A stretch of DNA of 64,000 bases, taken from the NCBI RefSeq assembly GCF_009914755.1, contig NC_060934.1, one strand, 5' to 3'. This document shows, one piece after another, positions 13,311 through 28,960 of the stretch. How positions within the stretch are numbered: the stretch's first letter is position 1; each line of letters begins with the position of its first letter. The stretch comes from the human T2T-CHM13v2.0 reference genome, Homo sapiens. Below the pieces are notes generated by a model that was not told the origin of the DNA, searched no databases, and worked only from the letters and a program-made list of their open reading frames with translations. The translations under genes were made by a program, and so were the position numbers.

Positions 13311-14087
13311 TAATATGTAAAAAGGTCCTTGTAAATGTTAAACAATAGTGATAACGTGTGGGTTTTTTATAAAACTAATAATACATATTATTATAATATA
13401 ATAATACATGTTTTAAAACTAATCAAACATATTTTGGCTTACAGAATTTGACTTGACATTTGATCCATTACCTTTGTATTTTTATTATGTGAAAGCATGG
13501 AAAACACAGCTGTAATGCATTGGTACCTATAACCAGAAAAAAGATGCTGAAGAATGGGCTATGTAGATTTATTTGTGCACACTTAAGAACCACTGCTTGG
13601 GAGAAGTAAGGGGTAGGAGTCTGGCAGAATTTGCAAGGGATGAGAGCTCTTGTCAGCAGACGGGAACAAAATTAAGTGCAATTTAAGTTATTACTGTCAG
13701 TGTGACCTACATATTACATACAATCCTGAGGAAATTCAAGTGACATTATAATCAGAATGCTCTTTACTCACCAAGCAAATCAGTCACAGGAATTAGTTGT
13801 ATAACTTGAATCGGTGGTTCTTAAATTGGGGGACACAAAGACTTTGCAAGGCCTGAGTATATGTAAAGGTCTGACTGTTTAAAGGAACGCATTGTTAAGA
13901 TTTTCAACTTAGGTTCCCTCATTCTGAAATTGATTGGCCTAACAACTTACCTGCTGTCTAGGCCTCCCCTTGGTCCCCCTTTCACAATCACCTTTTCCCA
14001 TTTGACAAAAGAAAGCCATCACTTCCACCCATTGCATTGTCCTGGAATATAAAAACCATCTGGAGGTCAAAGGGACCGTTAAAATTA

Positions 14088-14409
<322 letters not shown>

Positions 14410-14899
14410 CTACATTAAGTAATAGTTACCTATGAATACATAACTAATTGGAGGAAAAAGGGTTCATCCACCACATGATATGTGAAGATGTATAAAATTT
14501 CAATTTATATACATATGTTTGTTGCAGAGAAATATTATAAGATGAGCAGTAAAGACTTCTCTTGCATAAAAATATTTTATTTTAGCATAAAATTCTGTGG
14601 GGGAAGTGGAATAAAAATACAAGTTCAAGTAGGAAAAGAAATAATGTACAATTTCCAGCATAAAATTGTTCATATATTTTTTACATGGATACATGGATGA
14701 TGCTGGATGGATATCAACTGTTAACATTTTAGATTCCACTGGATACATTTAATAAATAGAATTTTTGAAATTTGAAATTTTAATTATTTTCAATATACCC
14801 ACAATTACATCCTTTGTAACTATTTAAATGTATGGTAAAACATGACAAATGCCACCTTAAAAATATGTAAAGGGTAAAAAGATTTTTAAAATTATTTTA

Positions 14900-15735
<836 letters not shown>

Positions 15736-16089
15736 AGAAGAGAAAATATTTTAGGGGTATTTGCATAAAAATGTTTGAAAAGTGCTGATTTAATTATCTG
15801 ATGGCACCCACAACAATACCCAGATGCATTGATATACAGCAGAAGGTCCACTTGCAGATGGAGCCAGACCTCCTTCCTCAAATTCCCCTCTGACCATTTC
15901 CTCCACAGTCTGCAATCCCTCATATTCTCTCACATGCCCCTCTAGTTTCCAAGCCAGTCTCAGCTCCTTTCTTAGGTAATTTTTTTTCTTTAGATGGATT
16001 AATATTATGAATTAGGCTAAGGACAGATTCCTCTTTTCCTGCTTTAGTTCTGGAAATGTTCTTTTTGTAGATATTTACTACCTTTTTCT

Positions 16090-16700
16090 CCTGAGGAGTA
16101 TCTTGGCTATTATTGTGCTTTTGCTCTTTCACATGAAATTTTGATTCAGCTCCTCAAGTTTGAAGGAACAAAACAGAAGCGTGTTGGAGTTTTTGTATGA
16201 ATTGCATTGAATTTAGAGAGAAATTGTTTATTTAGGACATTGGGTATTCCAATCCATGAACATCATGTATGTTGAAAATTTAGATTTTCATTTGAGGTCT
16301 TTTGATGAAGTTTTGCAGTTTTTTCCACATAGGCCTATGCATATCTTTAGTTCCATGTATTCTTGGGTTCCTTATATCTCTTCTTGCTATTGTAAATAAT
16401 ACTTAAAAAACATATCTTCTGTTTGTGGCTGGTGTATAGAAATAAAACTGATTTTTATCTGTTGGTCTTATATCCAAGTGCCTTGCTAAATTTGCTCATT
16501 ATTTCTAATAAATCATCTATAGGTTTTTTAGGTATATTCTGTATGAAATCAAGTGTGAATAATAACACTTTTGTTTCTTTTCTGATTCTCATATTTCTTT
16601 TTACTTGACTTACTACATTGGCTAAGGCAGCCAATACAATATTAAATGGAGGTGGCATTCTTGTTTTATTCCTGATTTTAATCTTTATCTCACTAAGTAC
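16090..16700 (-). mobile_element. Old L1 ORF2 reverse-transcriptase relic
   Basis: ORF 16455-16658 (FNIVLAALANVVSQ..KETKVLLF..LLEIMSKFSKALGYKTN) resembles L1 ORF2 RT (FNIVLEVLARAIRQ..KEEVKLSLFADD..LLKLISNFSKVSGYKIN); catalytic FADD lost. Confidence 0.8.
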
Positions 16701-17565
16701 ACATCGTTTACCTTGCAGCTTTGGGTTTAAGCCTTTCTTAATCTATTGCCTTTATCTCCTAACTTTTCTTTTATATTCTCTACTTTCTGGACTCTTCGTG
16801 CTGAATTCAGAGTATTTTTCCATCTTCTCATTTTTTTCTTTTATCTGTGTCCAATTTTCTCTTAAATCCACCCACTGAGTTTTTTATTTCAACCATTAAT
16901 TTTTTCATTTATAACAGTGCTGTTGTAATGACTTTTACAAATCTCCCTGGTCATTTTGAATAATCTTTTGTTACCTGTTCATTTCTGTGATTCTTCTATT
17001 TTTTTAGGTCTTTTTCACAATTGTTCTACATTCTGTTTCTAATCATTATAATATTTGTAGTGCTTAAGGATATTAATTTGATGTTATTTCCACCGACATT
17101 TACTCACGTTGATTGATTTCCTTGAGATTTGTAATCATTGACTGGGTGTTCATTTTTACCTAATCCAAGCTTTCTTACAGGGGGGATTTACATATGCTTT
17201 TACTGGGAATCATAGGCTCTAGATGCCTGAGACCAGTTAACTCAGGTTTCTAAGCATAATATAAGAATCTCAGATGCAGGTCCTTCCACTTGCCATTGGC
17301 AGAGCAAAAACCATTTGTGTGTGTGCACATGCATTTGTGCACTAGTAACTTCCAACTGTGGTTTTCACTCAAGTTTTTTGATTGGTTGTTTTTGTTGTTA
17401 CTCTATTTCTAGTTCCTTAAAGGTGTTTATTTTTTCCTGAGATCCCAGCAATGCTGTAAAAGTTATATTTATGTGAAACATATCTATTTTACAAAAATTA
17501 TTCATCAGTGAGAGGAAACATTATTCATAAAGTCCACTGAACCTGTAATACAGAAGTCCACAGAA

Positions 17566-17982
<417 letters not shown>

Positions 17983-18254
17983 TTAAATTGCACTCATTTG
18001 GTTTTAAGGGAAACTCACCACGTTATATTTTTCTCCTGCAGATGTAGCTGCCTAAAAAAGCTGGTCAGTGTCCCAACAGGGTCAGATTCCTTAATGGTCA
18101 CTTTGAATATATTCCATTTTGAGGAAAATGGAAAAGGAAGAATTTTTCAGATGGTAGAACAAAGTGCTATGAAGAACAATGGACTGGGGAGTGTTCTCCA
18201 AGGTCTAATCAAGAAACCTTTCTTTCCCTTTGGGATAGAGGATCGTTAAAATTT

Positions 18255-19020
18255 CTACTTGCTGAGATTTCAGTTACTACAGACCAGCACTGCTGTGTCT
18301 CCCCTTCTTCTCCTTTCTAAATGGGAAGAGTTATATGGAGGTTATCCTGAACATGTATCCCCAGTATGTATTGGATGTATGTGGGGCAGATAACTTGCCC
18401 TTTTTGTTCAGAGGTTTCCGGTTCAAGAGGACTCCCATCCTCACATGAAGCACATTGCTCCCTGAGGTAAGGACTACAGTGTATTACCAAAGATCCTTCT
18501 TTTTGAGCTTGATGCCCTTACCACATGGGACTTTTGGGTTTTCTCCTTCCAGGAGTGCATATTTCCAACAGGAAAGAGAGTGGACTGAATACTTAGTGCC
18601 TAGGAAGACTATTGTAATCAGTGACACAACATAGTTCTGGTTCGGTTTACTTCCTCATAGGTTTGCCTGTTTGAGGTCAGCCTTGACCATGAGACTTGCT
18701 TTCTTTGCTGAACCATGAGCAGAAGGGTCTGTGAAGCAGCTGTAAGAGCAAGTGTTTGACTTGCTGTCATTTCTTCCCCCTCTGTCCCAGTGACAGGCAA
18801 CTTTCCAGATTGTAGATGGTATAATATTGCATGGTTCAGAGTGAGATAACTAAAGAGAGCACCCACCTGTCTTGTGCTGAACACACATTAACAGCAATAA
18901 ACATATCTTTGTTATTTTGAGCATTAAATAATCTTTGTTATTTTTAGCATTATTTTGAGCCTCTGAATCTGGGAATTGTTTGATGCTACAGTGTTACTTA
19001 GTTTGTTCTGGTTTGATGCA
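18255..19020 (+). mobile_element. MLT1-type MaLR internal 3' end plus LTR
   Basis: gatttcag..gaccagcactgct..ggggcagataacttg (MLT1-int-like), then LTR with ccatgagacttgcttt and aataaa. Confidence 0.6.
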
Positions 19021-19029
19021 AGCACCAAA

Positions 19030-19250
19030 CTGGAAGACAGAGGACTTAAATTATAGTCTCAGTCCTGCCATCTGATAGCCATTTGGCAAGTCACTTGACA
19101 TCTGTAAAGCTGAGTTTCTTAATCTGTAATATACAACTAATAATCCTTCCTCTGTCTGCTTCATAGGCTTGTCTTGGGTATCCAGCGTATATGAAAGTAT
19201 TTGAAAAATGTAGGGCATGTACAAATATCTGCCAGCAGTGTCATTAACAT
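19030..19250 (+). mobile_element. MIR
   Basis: ttggcaagtcacttgacatct..gagtttcttaatctgtaa core. Confidence 0.65.
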
Positions 19251-19751
19251 TGAATTGGTTTATTCCATCTGTGTAATGCCAATCCCCAAAAAGAAAACAT
19301 TAGAGAAGTTATGAAAACTAAAGATTTAAATCAGATAACGGTGGAATGAAAGACTTGATAAGTTCAGCATGAAGTAGAGATATTTCCATCTAAAATATTT
19401 CAATGACTATGCACACCCTATTTTATAACCATAAATTTCTTTAAAGAGTCATTAATGTTTTTGAAATCCTATTGTAAGTTAAAAGTTATGACTAACAAAG
19501 CCAAAACCAAAGGTATTTTTAGAAGAAAAAAAGTTTATTTTGGACTTAGAAAATACTGTATTTTTCTTTTGTGTGATATCAAAGTGAAGCTTGATTGAGT
19601 TGGCTTGCTTACTACACATTCCAGAGTCAAATCTACTAAACTGCTATGTTTTCAAACTCCATCTGTCTTTCTCTCACCCCCAAATTCTGAGCACCTAGGG
19701 GTTGATCCTCGCCTTCCAGTGAAATCACCACATTAGAAAGAACAAATCATA

Positions 19752-20087
<336 letters not shown>

Positions 20088-20552
20088 CTATTATTTTCTG
20101 AAAACCTAAAGGCAGGAGAACATTCTATGATGACTTTCCAGAGTATGTGAGCCTGTTAGTAGTTCTGCATCGGTTGATGAAGAATATACACTGATCACTG
20201 AAGCTGTCAGTGAGAAGGAACTCTGCGCCTTACGGAATGTTGTTTTTGGCTTGCCATTTGCTGTTATGAATGTCCAGGCAGGTAGGGCAGGCCCCCACAG
20301 TGATGCTATGAAGTGCTACATTTACTGGTGCTATCACAGTAAAGATGATGATGTGTAATGAATAATTACACACGAAACTCTGAGTTCCTTCTCGTATTAG
20401 ACACCTGGAATGAATTACTTATCTCTGTCCTTTCTAGTTTTGCATTGGGAGGCCTAAAATATTCGGGTTTCATTTTGAGCTGTACAAATTTTACTGATTA
20501 TAGGTGTTAAATAATTTTTTTCTTTCTTTTTTTTTTATATTTTATTTTTTGA

Positions 20553-20663
<111 letters not shown>

Positions 20664-20807
20664 TAGCTGGGATTACAGGTGCCCGCCACTGCGCCCAGCT
20701 AATTTTTTTTTATTTTTAGTGGAGACAGGGTTTCACCTTGTTGGCCAGGCTGGTCTCGAGCTCCTGACCTCAGGCAATCCACCCGCCTCAGCCTCCCAAA
20801 GTGCTAG

Positions 20808-22437
20808 TGAGAGGTGACAGCGTGCTGGCAGTCCTCAGAGCCCTCGCTTGCTCTCAGCACCTCTCCTGCCTGGGCTCCCACTTTGGTGGCATTTGAGGAG
20901 CCCTTCAGCCCCCCCACTGCACTGTGGGAGCCCCTTTTTGGGCTGGCCAAGGCTGGAGCCCACTTCCTCAGCTTGCAGGGACGTGTGGAGGGAGAGGCAC
21001 GAGCGGGAACCGGGGCTGCGTGCGGCGCTTGCAGGCCAGCTGGAGTTCCGGGTGGGCGTGGGCTTGGCGGGCCCCGCACTCGGAGCGGCGGGCCCCGCAC
21101 TCGGAGCAGCCGGCCAGCCCTGCTGGCCCCGGGCAAAGAGGGACTTAGCACCCGGGACAGTGGCTGCGGAGGGTGTACTGGGTCCCCCAGCAGTGGCAGC
21201 CCACCGGCGCTGCACTCGATTTCTCACCCAGCCTTAGCTGCCTTCCCTCGGGGCAGGGCTCGGGACCTGCAGCCCGCCATGCCTGAGCCTCCCACCCACT
21301 CCATGGGCTCCTGTGCAGCCCGAGCCTCCCCAACGAGCACCACCCCCTGCTCCACCGCACCCAGTCCCATCGACCACCCAAGGGCTGGGGAATGTGAGCG
21401 CACGGCGCGGGACTGGCAGGCAGCTCCACCTGCAGCCCTGGTGTGGGATCCACTAGGTGAAGCCAGCTGGGCTCCTGAGTCTGGTGGGGACGTGGAGAGT
21501 CTTTATATCTAGCTCAGGGATTGTAAATACACCAATCAGCACCCTGTGTTTAGCTCAAGGTTTGTGAGTGCACCAATCGACACTCTGTATCTAGCTGCTC
21601 TGGTGAGGATGTGGAGAACCTTTATGTCTAGCTCAGGGCTTGTAAATACACCAGTGGACACTCTGTATCTAGCTGCTCTGGTGAGGACGTGGAGAACCTT
21701 TATGTCTAGCTCAGGGATTGTAAATACACCAATTGGCACTCTGTATCTAGCTCAAGGTTTGTAAACACACCAATCAGCACCCTGTGTTTAGCTCAAGGTT
21801 TGTGAATGCACATATCGACACTCTGTATCTAGCTGCTCTGGTGGGGCCTTGGAGAACCTGTGTGTCAAAACTCTGTATCTAACTAATCTGATGGGGACGT
21901 GGAGAACCTTTGTATCTAGCTCAGGGATTGTAAACGCACCAATCAGTGCCCTGACAAAACAGGCCACTCGGCTCTACCAATCAGCAGGATGTGGGTGGGG
22001 CCAGATAAGAGAATAAAAGCAGGCTGCCCTAGCCGGCATTGGCAACTCGCTCGGGTCACGTTCCTCGCGGTGGAAGCTTTGTTCTTTCGCTGTTTGCAAT
22101 AAATCTTGCTACTGCTCACTCTTTGGGTCTACGCTGCTTTTATGAGCTGTAACACTAACCGCGAAGATCTGCAGTTTCACTCCTAAGCCCAGCGAGAGAA
22201 ACGAACAACTCCGACGCGCTGCCTTAAGAGCTGTAACACTCACTGCCAAGGTCTGCAGCTTCCCTCGTGAGCCAGCGAGACGGCGAACCCACCAGAAGGA
22301 AGAAACTCCGGACACATCTGAACATCAGAAGGGACAGACTCCAGACGCGCCACCTTAAGAGCTGTAACACTCACCGCGAGGGTCCACGGCTTCATTCTTG
22401 AAGTCAGTGAGTCAAGAACCCACCAATTCCGGAGACA
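20808..22437 (+). mobile_element. Solo LTR12C (ERV9/HERV9 LTR), 1630 bp
   Basis: Starts TGAGAGGTGACAGCGTGCTGGCAGTCCTC, ends CCAATTCCGGAGACA; 4-bp TSD CTAG. GC/CpG-rich 5' U3, tandem CCAAT/GATA-type repeats and U5 repeats (gagctgtaacactcac). Confidence 0.96.
21490..22030 (+). promoter_or_regulatory. LTR12C U3 enhancer repeats and core promoter
   Basis: Repeated tatctagctc/CCAAT units (CCAAT near 21532, 21573, 21729, 21770, 21939, 21977), GGGTGGGG box, AGATAA ~22003 and AATAAAA TATA-like box 22012-22018; poly(A) signal AATAAA 22098-22103. Confidence 0.8.
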
Positions 22438-22721
22438 CTAGGTTTACAGGCATGAGCCACTGCGACGAGCCTGGTGTTAAATAATTTCTAATGCTAAAGG
22501 AAAGCTTGCTTTTTGCTGGTCACTGTTCTAATTTTTTCCATCTATGAAATCCGCCATGAATATAATTTCATCAAACCATTTTTCTGTCACTTAGAAAACG
22601 CAATCATTCATTTCTGAAATACCCAATAAATTCTTTAGTTGAAATAAATAAAGTGTAAAATAGCTTATACTATAAACAAAGAGTTTTTTGCCAGCCGTTA
22701 CCCAAATAATGTGGCTCTCAC

Positions 22722-23173
<452 letters not shown>

Positions 23174-26100
23174 TGAATTCGTGGAAGTTTATTTAACAAC
23201 ATCACTCCTTTCTAGCATAGTATATAAATAAAAGATGAGATTTTATCTGCAGGTTCAATGTATGTTGCTTAATGTGTAGTTTTAAATATTTTGAAGAATT
23301 GTGTATATTAATCATATACTTGATTCATATGTGAAAAGTGTTGAAGCAAAACATGCTTTTAAAATGTTGCTATGCCCAGAAACAACTACTACTTAATAAA
23401 TATTAGAGGGTAGATATAGTGTAATTGTTATAAAATGTTATAAAAGTAACAAAATACTGTTTATTAAGTAGTAAAAGCACACTACTGGGGCATATTGACG
23501 ATCTCTTCTAATAGAAAAGACCAGGTCATCTCACTTTTAAAAAATTTTCTCTTCAATGTCCAATATTACATTTTTCTCTATAGTTTTTATTTAACTGAAT
23601 TCTACTTGGAATTTCTTTACTTAATAGTTTCTTATGTTCAAGCTCATTATAGAAATTATATACAAAATGATATATATTTTATTATCTAAAATAAAATTAG
23701 TTTCCCCTTTTCGGATATTACTTATTTATTTACTGAAACTAATTTTTTTTAATTACTGGTGTTTTAAATTCATAAAATTAATAAAATAAAAGGATGGTTA
23801 AAGAAATCATGATATTCATAAATCACTTTTTAACATAATGCTGTTTTAATAAGAATGAGTTTATAAATTGAAATTGTCTGTGGAAAGGAATAATACAATT
23901 CTTAAGATCCCTTAGTATATTTTACTGATTTTTTTCCTATTTCTTAATAAATCAATATGGGAAACAAAAGGAGAAACTAATGTTGTTTATCACCTTTCAT
24001 TAGTCAAACAAAATATTTTCCCCTAAAAACTTTTAGGGAAAATTGCAAATTTAGGTTGTACTAGAAAATTCATTTTAATATAATGACTGGTTAGATTTGT
24101 TAAATAAATACAAGATTTTGCTATATATATTTTGAATATGAGAATGGTTTAGTAATTATTATCATGTACAAAGTGGATGTTATGCTGTTTTTCTAAGGTA
24201 CAAAATAAAACCTACTGTGCAACAATTTTAGCATAAAAGATCTAGTTTGATGTCATTTCTTTATGGCTTAATTAGATCAGAATTTTAGGACTCATGGGAA
24301 AATGTATTACAGGACTTTCAAAGCAAAAAAGATTCAATCATAGTATTTATAAATTAGAACAAGCCTTGGAGAGTATCTACCTACTTCTATACCACACTTT
24401 TCTAGAAGAGAGTAGATATAATGTAATCATTATAAAATGTTATTTAAAATAACAAAATAATTTGCTATTTATTAAGTACCTTTAGTCTGCTGCAGGGGCA
24501 TGGTGATAATCAACAAATAATTACAAAATATTTTTAGTAATGTGATAAATTGTTAGCTTCCACTTACTATGGTATTCCTGTAATTGTTGATGTATACTCT
24601 ACGGCATCTTCAGGTACGATTTCTGTATCTGATAAAAGAACATTTCACAAAGTGGTTTTCTGATGTGGTGTTTTCCATGACAGCATTTATTAAAGGACAT
24701 GAATTGGTTATTAATGGCTGCCGACCACTATATTTTTCCATTGTTTAAAAATGACTGCTCACAGTATTGGCAAAAACTTTGCCCAGGTACATTTTGTCCT
24801 CAAGGCCCATCCCCTTATATTCCTCTCTCAACAGCAGCAACATTTGAAAGACTCTTGGTGCAGTTTGTCTTTCCAGCTGTGAGCCTAAAAGCTGTAAGTG
24901 CTATTGGAGGAACAGACAGTTAAATGGGAAGAAAAGAGACTGAGAAAGAAAGATGCCCAGTGCTGAGGATCCTGGTGTGCTACTTGTTTTTCTGCCTCCC
25001 ATACCCAATTGTCACCATTTATATGAAATTCATTAACCAACTGGGAACTCAGTGGTCATGACAGCTGCAATGTCTTTTAAATAAAATGCTTCCTTGATGA
25101 TGCCATGTCTGCAGTATGGTACAGCTGCACCCACCACAGAACAAATATATTCATTTGTCCACTGATAAAGTCATTTGTTTCTTCCTTGCAGTAGCAGCAA
25201 TTTTTCTCTTCAAAAATAAAGCAAAATCTCTTAAGATACAGCTCTTGAACAATAGTCACATCTATCTCTTTAAAGCCAAGAGTCAGTCTCAATGTTGCTA
25301 AGTTCATTTTCAGCTTTCTTTAGAGGGAGGTTACTGTTAGTAGTATAACCAAACAAATGATATCATCTGCTGAATTGTGAGTCTTAAATTTTTCAAATGA
25401 AAAGTGCAATGAAAAGTCCTACCATCTCCATTCTCAGCCTCATACTTACATATACTTTGTAAAGTTCTATATGTTGAATTAAATAATTTCCATGATCACC
25501 ATTATTTATTTCTGTGGCTGCATTGCATTGCAAACTTCAAATTAACAAGATTAATGCCAAAAGATGACACAACAGTAAGTGTTTGATACCATAGTCATCA
25601 ATTTAAAAAATAAGACTACAAATCTGATTCTGTTATTATGATCATCATATTTATGCTTGTTTGAATAAAATTATTCATCCAGAATGTTAACAAGATATCT
25701 TTCATGTGTCATTAAAATAACTTATGTCAAATACTTGGCTAAATTGATTGAAGTACTTTCAGTATTAATAATTCCATACAAATGTCTAGCAAGAATAACC
25801 AGTCAAAATTAATTAATGATCAATTATTATGGATTATTTATCTTGGCTCTCATTTGCTTTCCTAATAATCAACCTACATTTTTTCTAAAATAGGTCAATA
25901 TGAAATGAGTCCTAGTGATTTCACACTTCTATTTTTTAATAAATCAAAATGGTTAAAAGAATTAGTTATTCTCTTATAAGTTATTAATCTTTATGGATAT
26001 TATAAATCATGTTTCCATCCCTTAAATTTGATATGCTCATTTTCTTTTTAATTATAATATACTAATATAATAGTACTGCAGTAATTTTATTAGTTCTAAT

Positions 26101-26445
26101 ACATTTTGTAAAAATGGATTTATTCTCAAATTAATCATATTTGACTTCATAGTACAAACATCCCTCTCATTATTACACTACTGGTTAGGAGAAGCTCTTT
26201 TTCAAGATGTTTAGCTAAAAGTATAGAAAGGGAACATTCATGTCTTTAACTTTGTAATCATTTTGTTCCTGATTTGGATCTTTGCGACTCAATATTAGGT
26301 ACACAAATTTCTCATTGATTTAAGCAAGAATCCAAGAGATTAAGAATCAAACTCCTTGATTTTTATTTAGCAGAGGATATATGAGCAAGAGTCATATTAT
26401 CTAGGAAGCTATAGTAAAGAATACAGATTTGAAATGTTGAGTATG

Positions 26446-26609
26446 GGCCAAGCGCAGTGGCTCATGCCTGTAATCCCAGAACTTTGGGAGGCCAATGCCA
26501 GAGGATTGCTTGAAGTCAGGGGTTCAAAACAAGCCTGGGCAACAAAGGGAAACCTTGTCTCTATGAAAATAAAGTAAAATAAAATGAATAAAAGGAATAT
26601 GATTAAAAC
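26446..26609 (+). mobile_element. Free left Alu monomer (FLAM_C-like)
   Basis: Single monomer plus A-rich tail; TSD aatgttgagtat. Confidence 0.85.
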
Positions 26610-26890
26610 AATGTTGAGTATAAATTAAACCTTTGAATCTTAGGCGTATTGAAAAGATGCTGGGTTTCTGACAAAGGGTTAAGCTTCTTCCGTGGTTACT
26701 ATATTTGAGAAAAGTCATTCCCCTTTTGCATTTGTAGAATTTAACACTTCATTTTGCAATTGTTAAGTCACAGGTGAATGTTAAAATGTCAAACAACTGA
26801 AAATAACTACAGAACAAAGATAAAGCAAAGTTATTATCCTGAAAATTCAATTCTTTTTTAAAAAATTCTGCCAGTCAATTCTTACTGTGC

Positions 26891-27033
26891 ATCAGGAAGA
26901 ATAGTTAATGGATGCTGATTTTAATACCTAGGTGATGGGTTGATCTGTGCAGCAAACCGCCATGGCACACGTTTACCTATGTAACAAACCTACAGATGTA
27001 CCCCGGAACTTAAAATAAAATTCAAAAAAAAAA
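26891..27033 (+). mobile_element. L1PA 3' terminal fragment
   Basis: ttaatacctaggtgatgggttgatctgtgcagcaaacc..catggcacacgtttacctatgtaacaaacct plus A tail. Confidence 0.85.
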
Positions 27034-27319
27034 TTTAAAAAGTTTATCATGTAACTCAGTTGGACTCAATTCCTTTTTTACCTACATTACTAAAAAGTAG
27101 TATTTTTGTCCTAATGGTTTTGATTTCATAGCTTATGCAACCTCTCTTAAATTATTTCTATGGATCTTAGTAGAGATAAGCCAAAAGCATATCCACCTTC
27201 GAAGTATTTTCTTCACCTCTTAAATATTCTCATTTGAAAATGGAATTGGAGTCTATTCACTTAGGTAACTAAATCTTTTTAGTATGATATAAAGTATGAA
27301 TTAGAGAATTTACATGTAA

Positions 27320-27550
27320 TAACAATAGCAGAAACAGTTAATATTTAGTTTTTTTTTTATTTTGCTGTCATGGTGGTTAGATATGTTCTATCTAATTTAA
27401 TCCTTACAACCCTGAGGCAGGTAAATACAGAAAAGGAAGCCACAAAGACTCAAAAGTTTAAAAAAACTTGCTCAACTCAAACAGCTGCAAGTGACCAACC
27501 TGGCTGGGACTTAAACCAGATCTGTTTGATTCTAGAACGTACTGCACTAC
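27320..27550 (-). mobile_element. MIR
   Basis: tctaatttaatccttacaaccctgaggcaggta..acttgctcaa..acagctgcaagtg. Confidence 0.65.
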
Positions 27551-27609
27551 CTTTTTAATTAATAGAATAGAATAAAATAGAATGGATTTCTTCTACCAGA
27601 TTTTGTATT

Positions 27610-28333
27610 TCATCACTGGCAAGTTCTGCCTTCCACAAAACTCTTGGACACAATACAATTCAGCCAAGTTGTTTGCACCTTTATAACAAGGATAGCTTTT
27701 CCTCCAGTTTCCAACAACATGTTTCTTATTTCACAAGCATTTAGGTAATCTCTAAGAATATCACGGCTTTTCTCTACAGCTCTCCTCTTCTGAGCTCTCA
27801 CCAGAATCACCTTTATGGTCCATTCATGGCAAGCCAGGCTTTTTCCAGCATGTACCTCCAAATTTTTCCAGCCTCTATTCATTACCCAGTTGCAAAGCTG
27901 CTTCCACATTTTTAGGTATTTGTTATATAGCAACAACCCACCTGTTGTTACCAATTTCTGTTTTAGTCTGTTCAGGTTGTAGGACAAAATATCTTAGACT
28001 GGGTAATTTATGAACAATATGAATTTAGCACTCCCAGTTCTAGAGACTGGGAAGTCCAAGATCAAGGTACTAGCAGGTTTGGTGTCTGGTGAGGATCTGT
28101 TTGTTCTTCGTAGATGGCACCTTCTATGTATCCTCACATGGCAGAAGGGGCAAGGCAGCTCCCTGCAACCTCTTTTATAATGACACTAACGTCATTCAGT
28201 AGGATACAGCCTGCATGACCTAATCACTTCCCCAAAGTTCCCGTCTCTTAATGCTATCATACTGGATATTGGATATTAGGTTCCAACATGAATTTGGAGT
28301 GGAGGGTGGGAACACCAAGATTCAGACCATAGC
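27610..28333 (-). mobile_element. MaLR (MSTD/MLT1A-like) LTR 27959-28333 with adjacent start of internal region
   Basis: LTR tgttttagtctg..gggaagtccaagatcaagg..ttcagaccatagc; internal-like gctgcttccacatttttaggtatttgttatatagcaac. Confidence 0.8.
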
Positions 28334-28618
28334 TATTATGTTGCTCAAAGATAACAACAAAAAATTAATATTTGGATATTATGGTTGTAAGTTATAGTCA
28401 TAAAGCACTTAAAACATTCAAAATTTTGGAGGGTTATAAAATGTTGAGAAAACTCAGATTCACATAAACTAGTTAAGACGAATTGTGTACTACTTTCCAA
28501 CCACTCACCTTGCAATCTCAGGATGTTCTTTATTCAATTAAACAGTGATGACAGAAATAAACTTACTTCTTAGTCAGGAAAATTGAGTTAACCTGCATAC
28601 ATGGTAACAGGCAGGTAA

Positions 28619-28960
<342 letters not shown>

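Noticed and set aside
20804-22315. Long ORFs (up to 232 aa) and regularly spaced repeats resembling a CRISPR array
   Set aside because: All lie inside LTR12C; the repeats are ERV9 U3/U5 tandem units with no unique spacers, and there are no cas genes.
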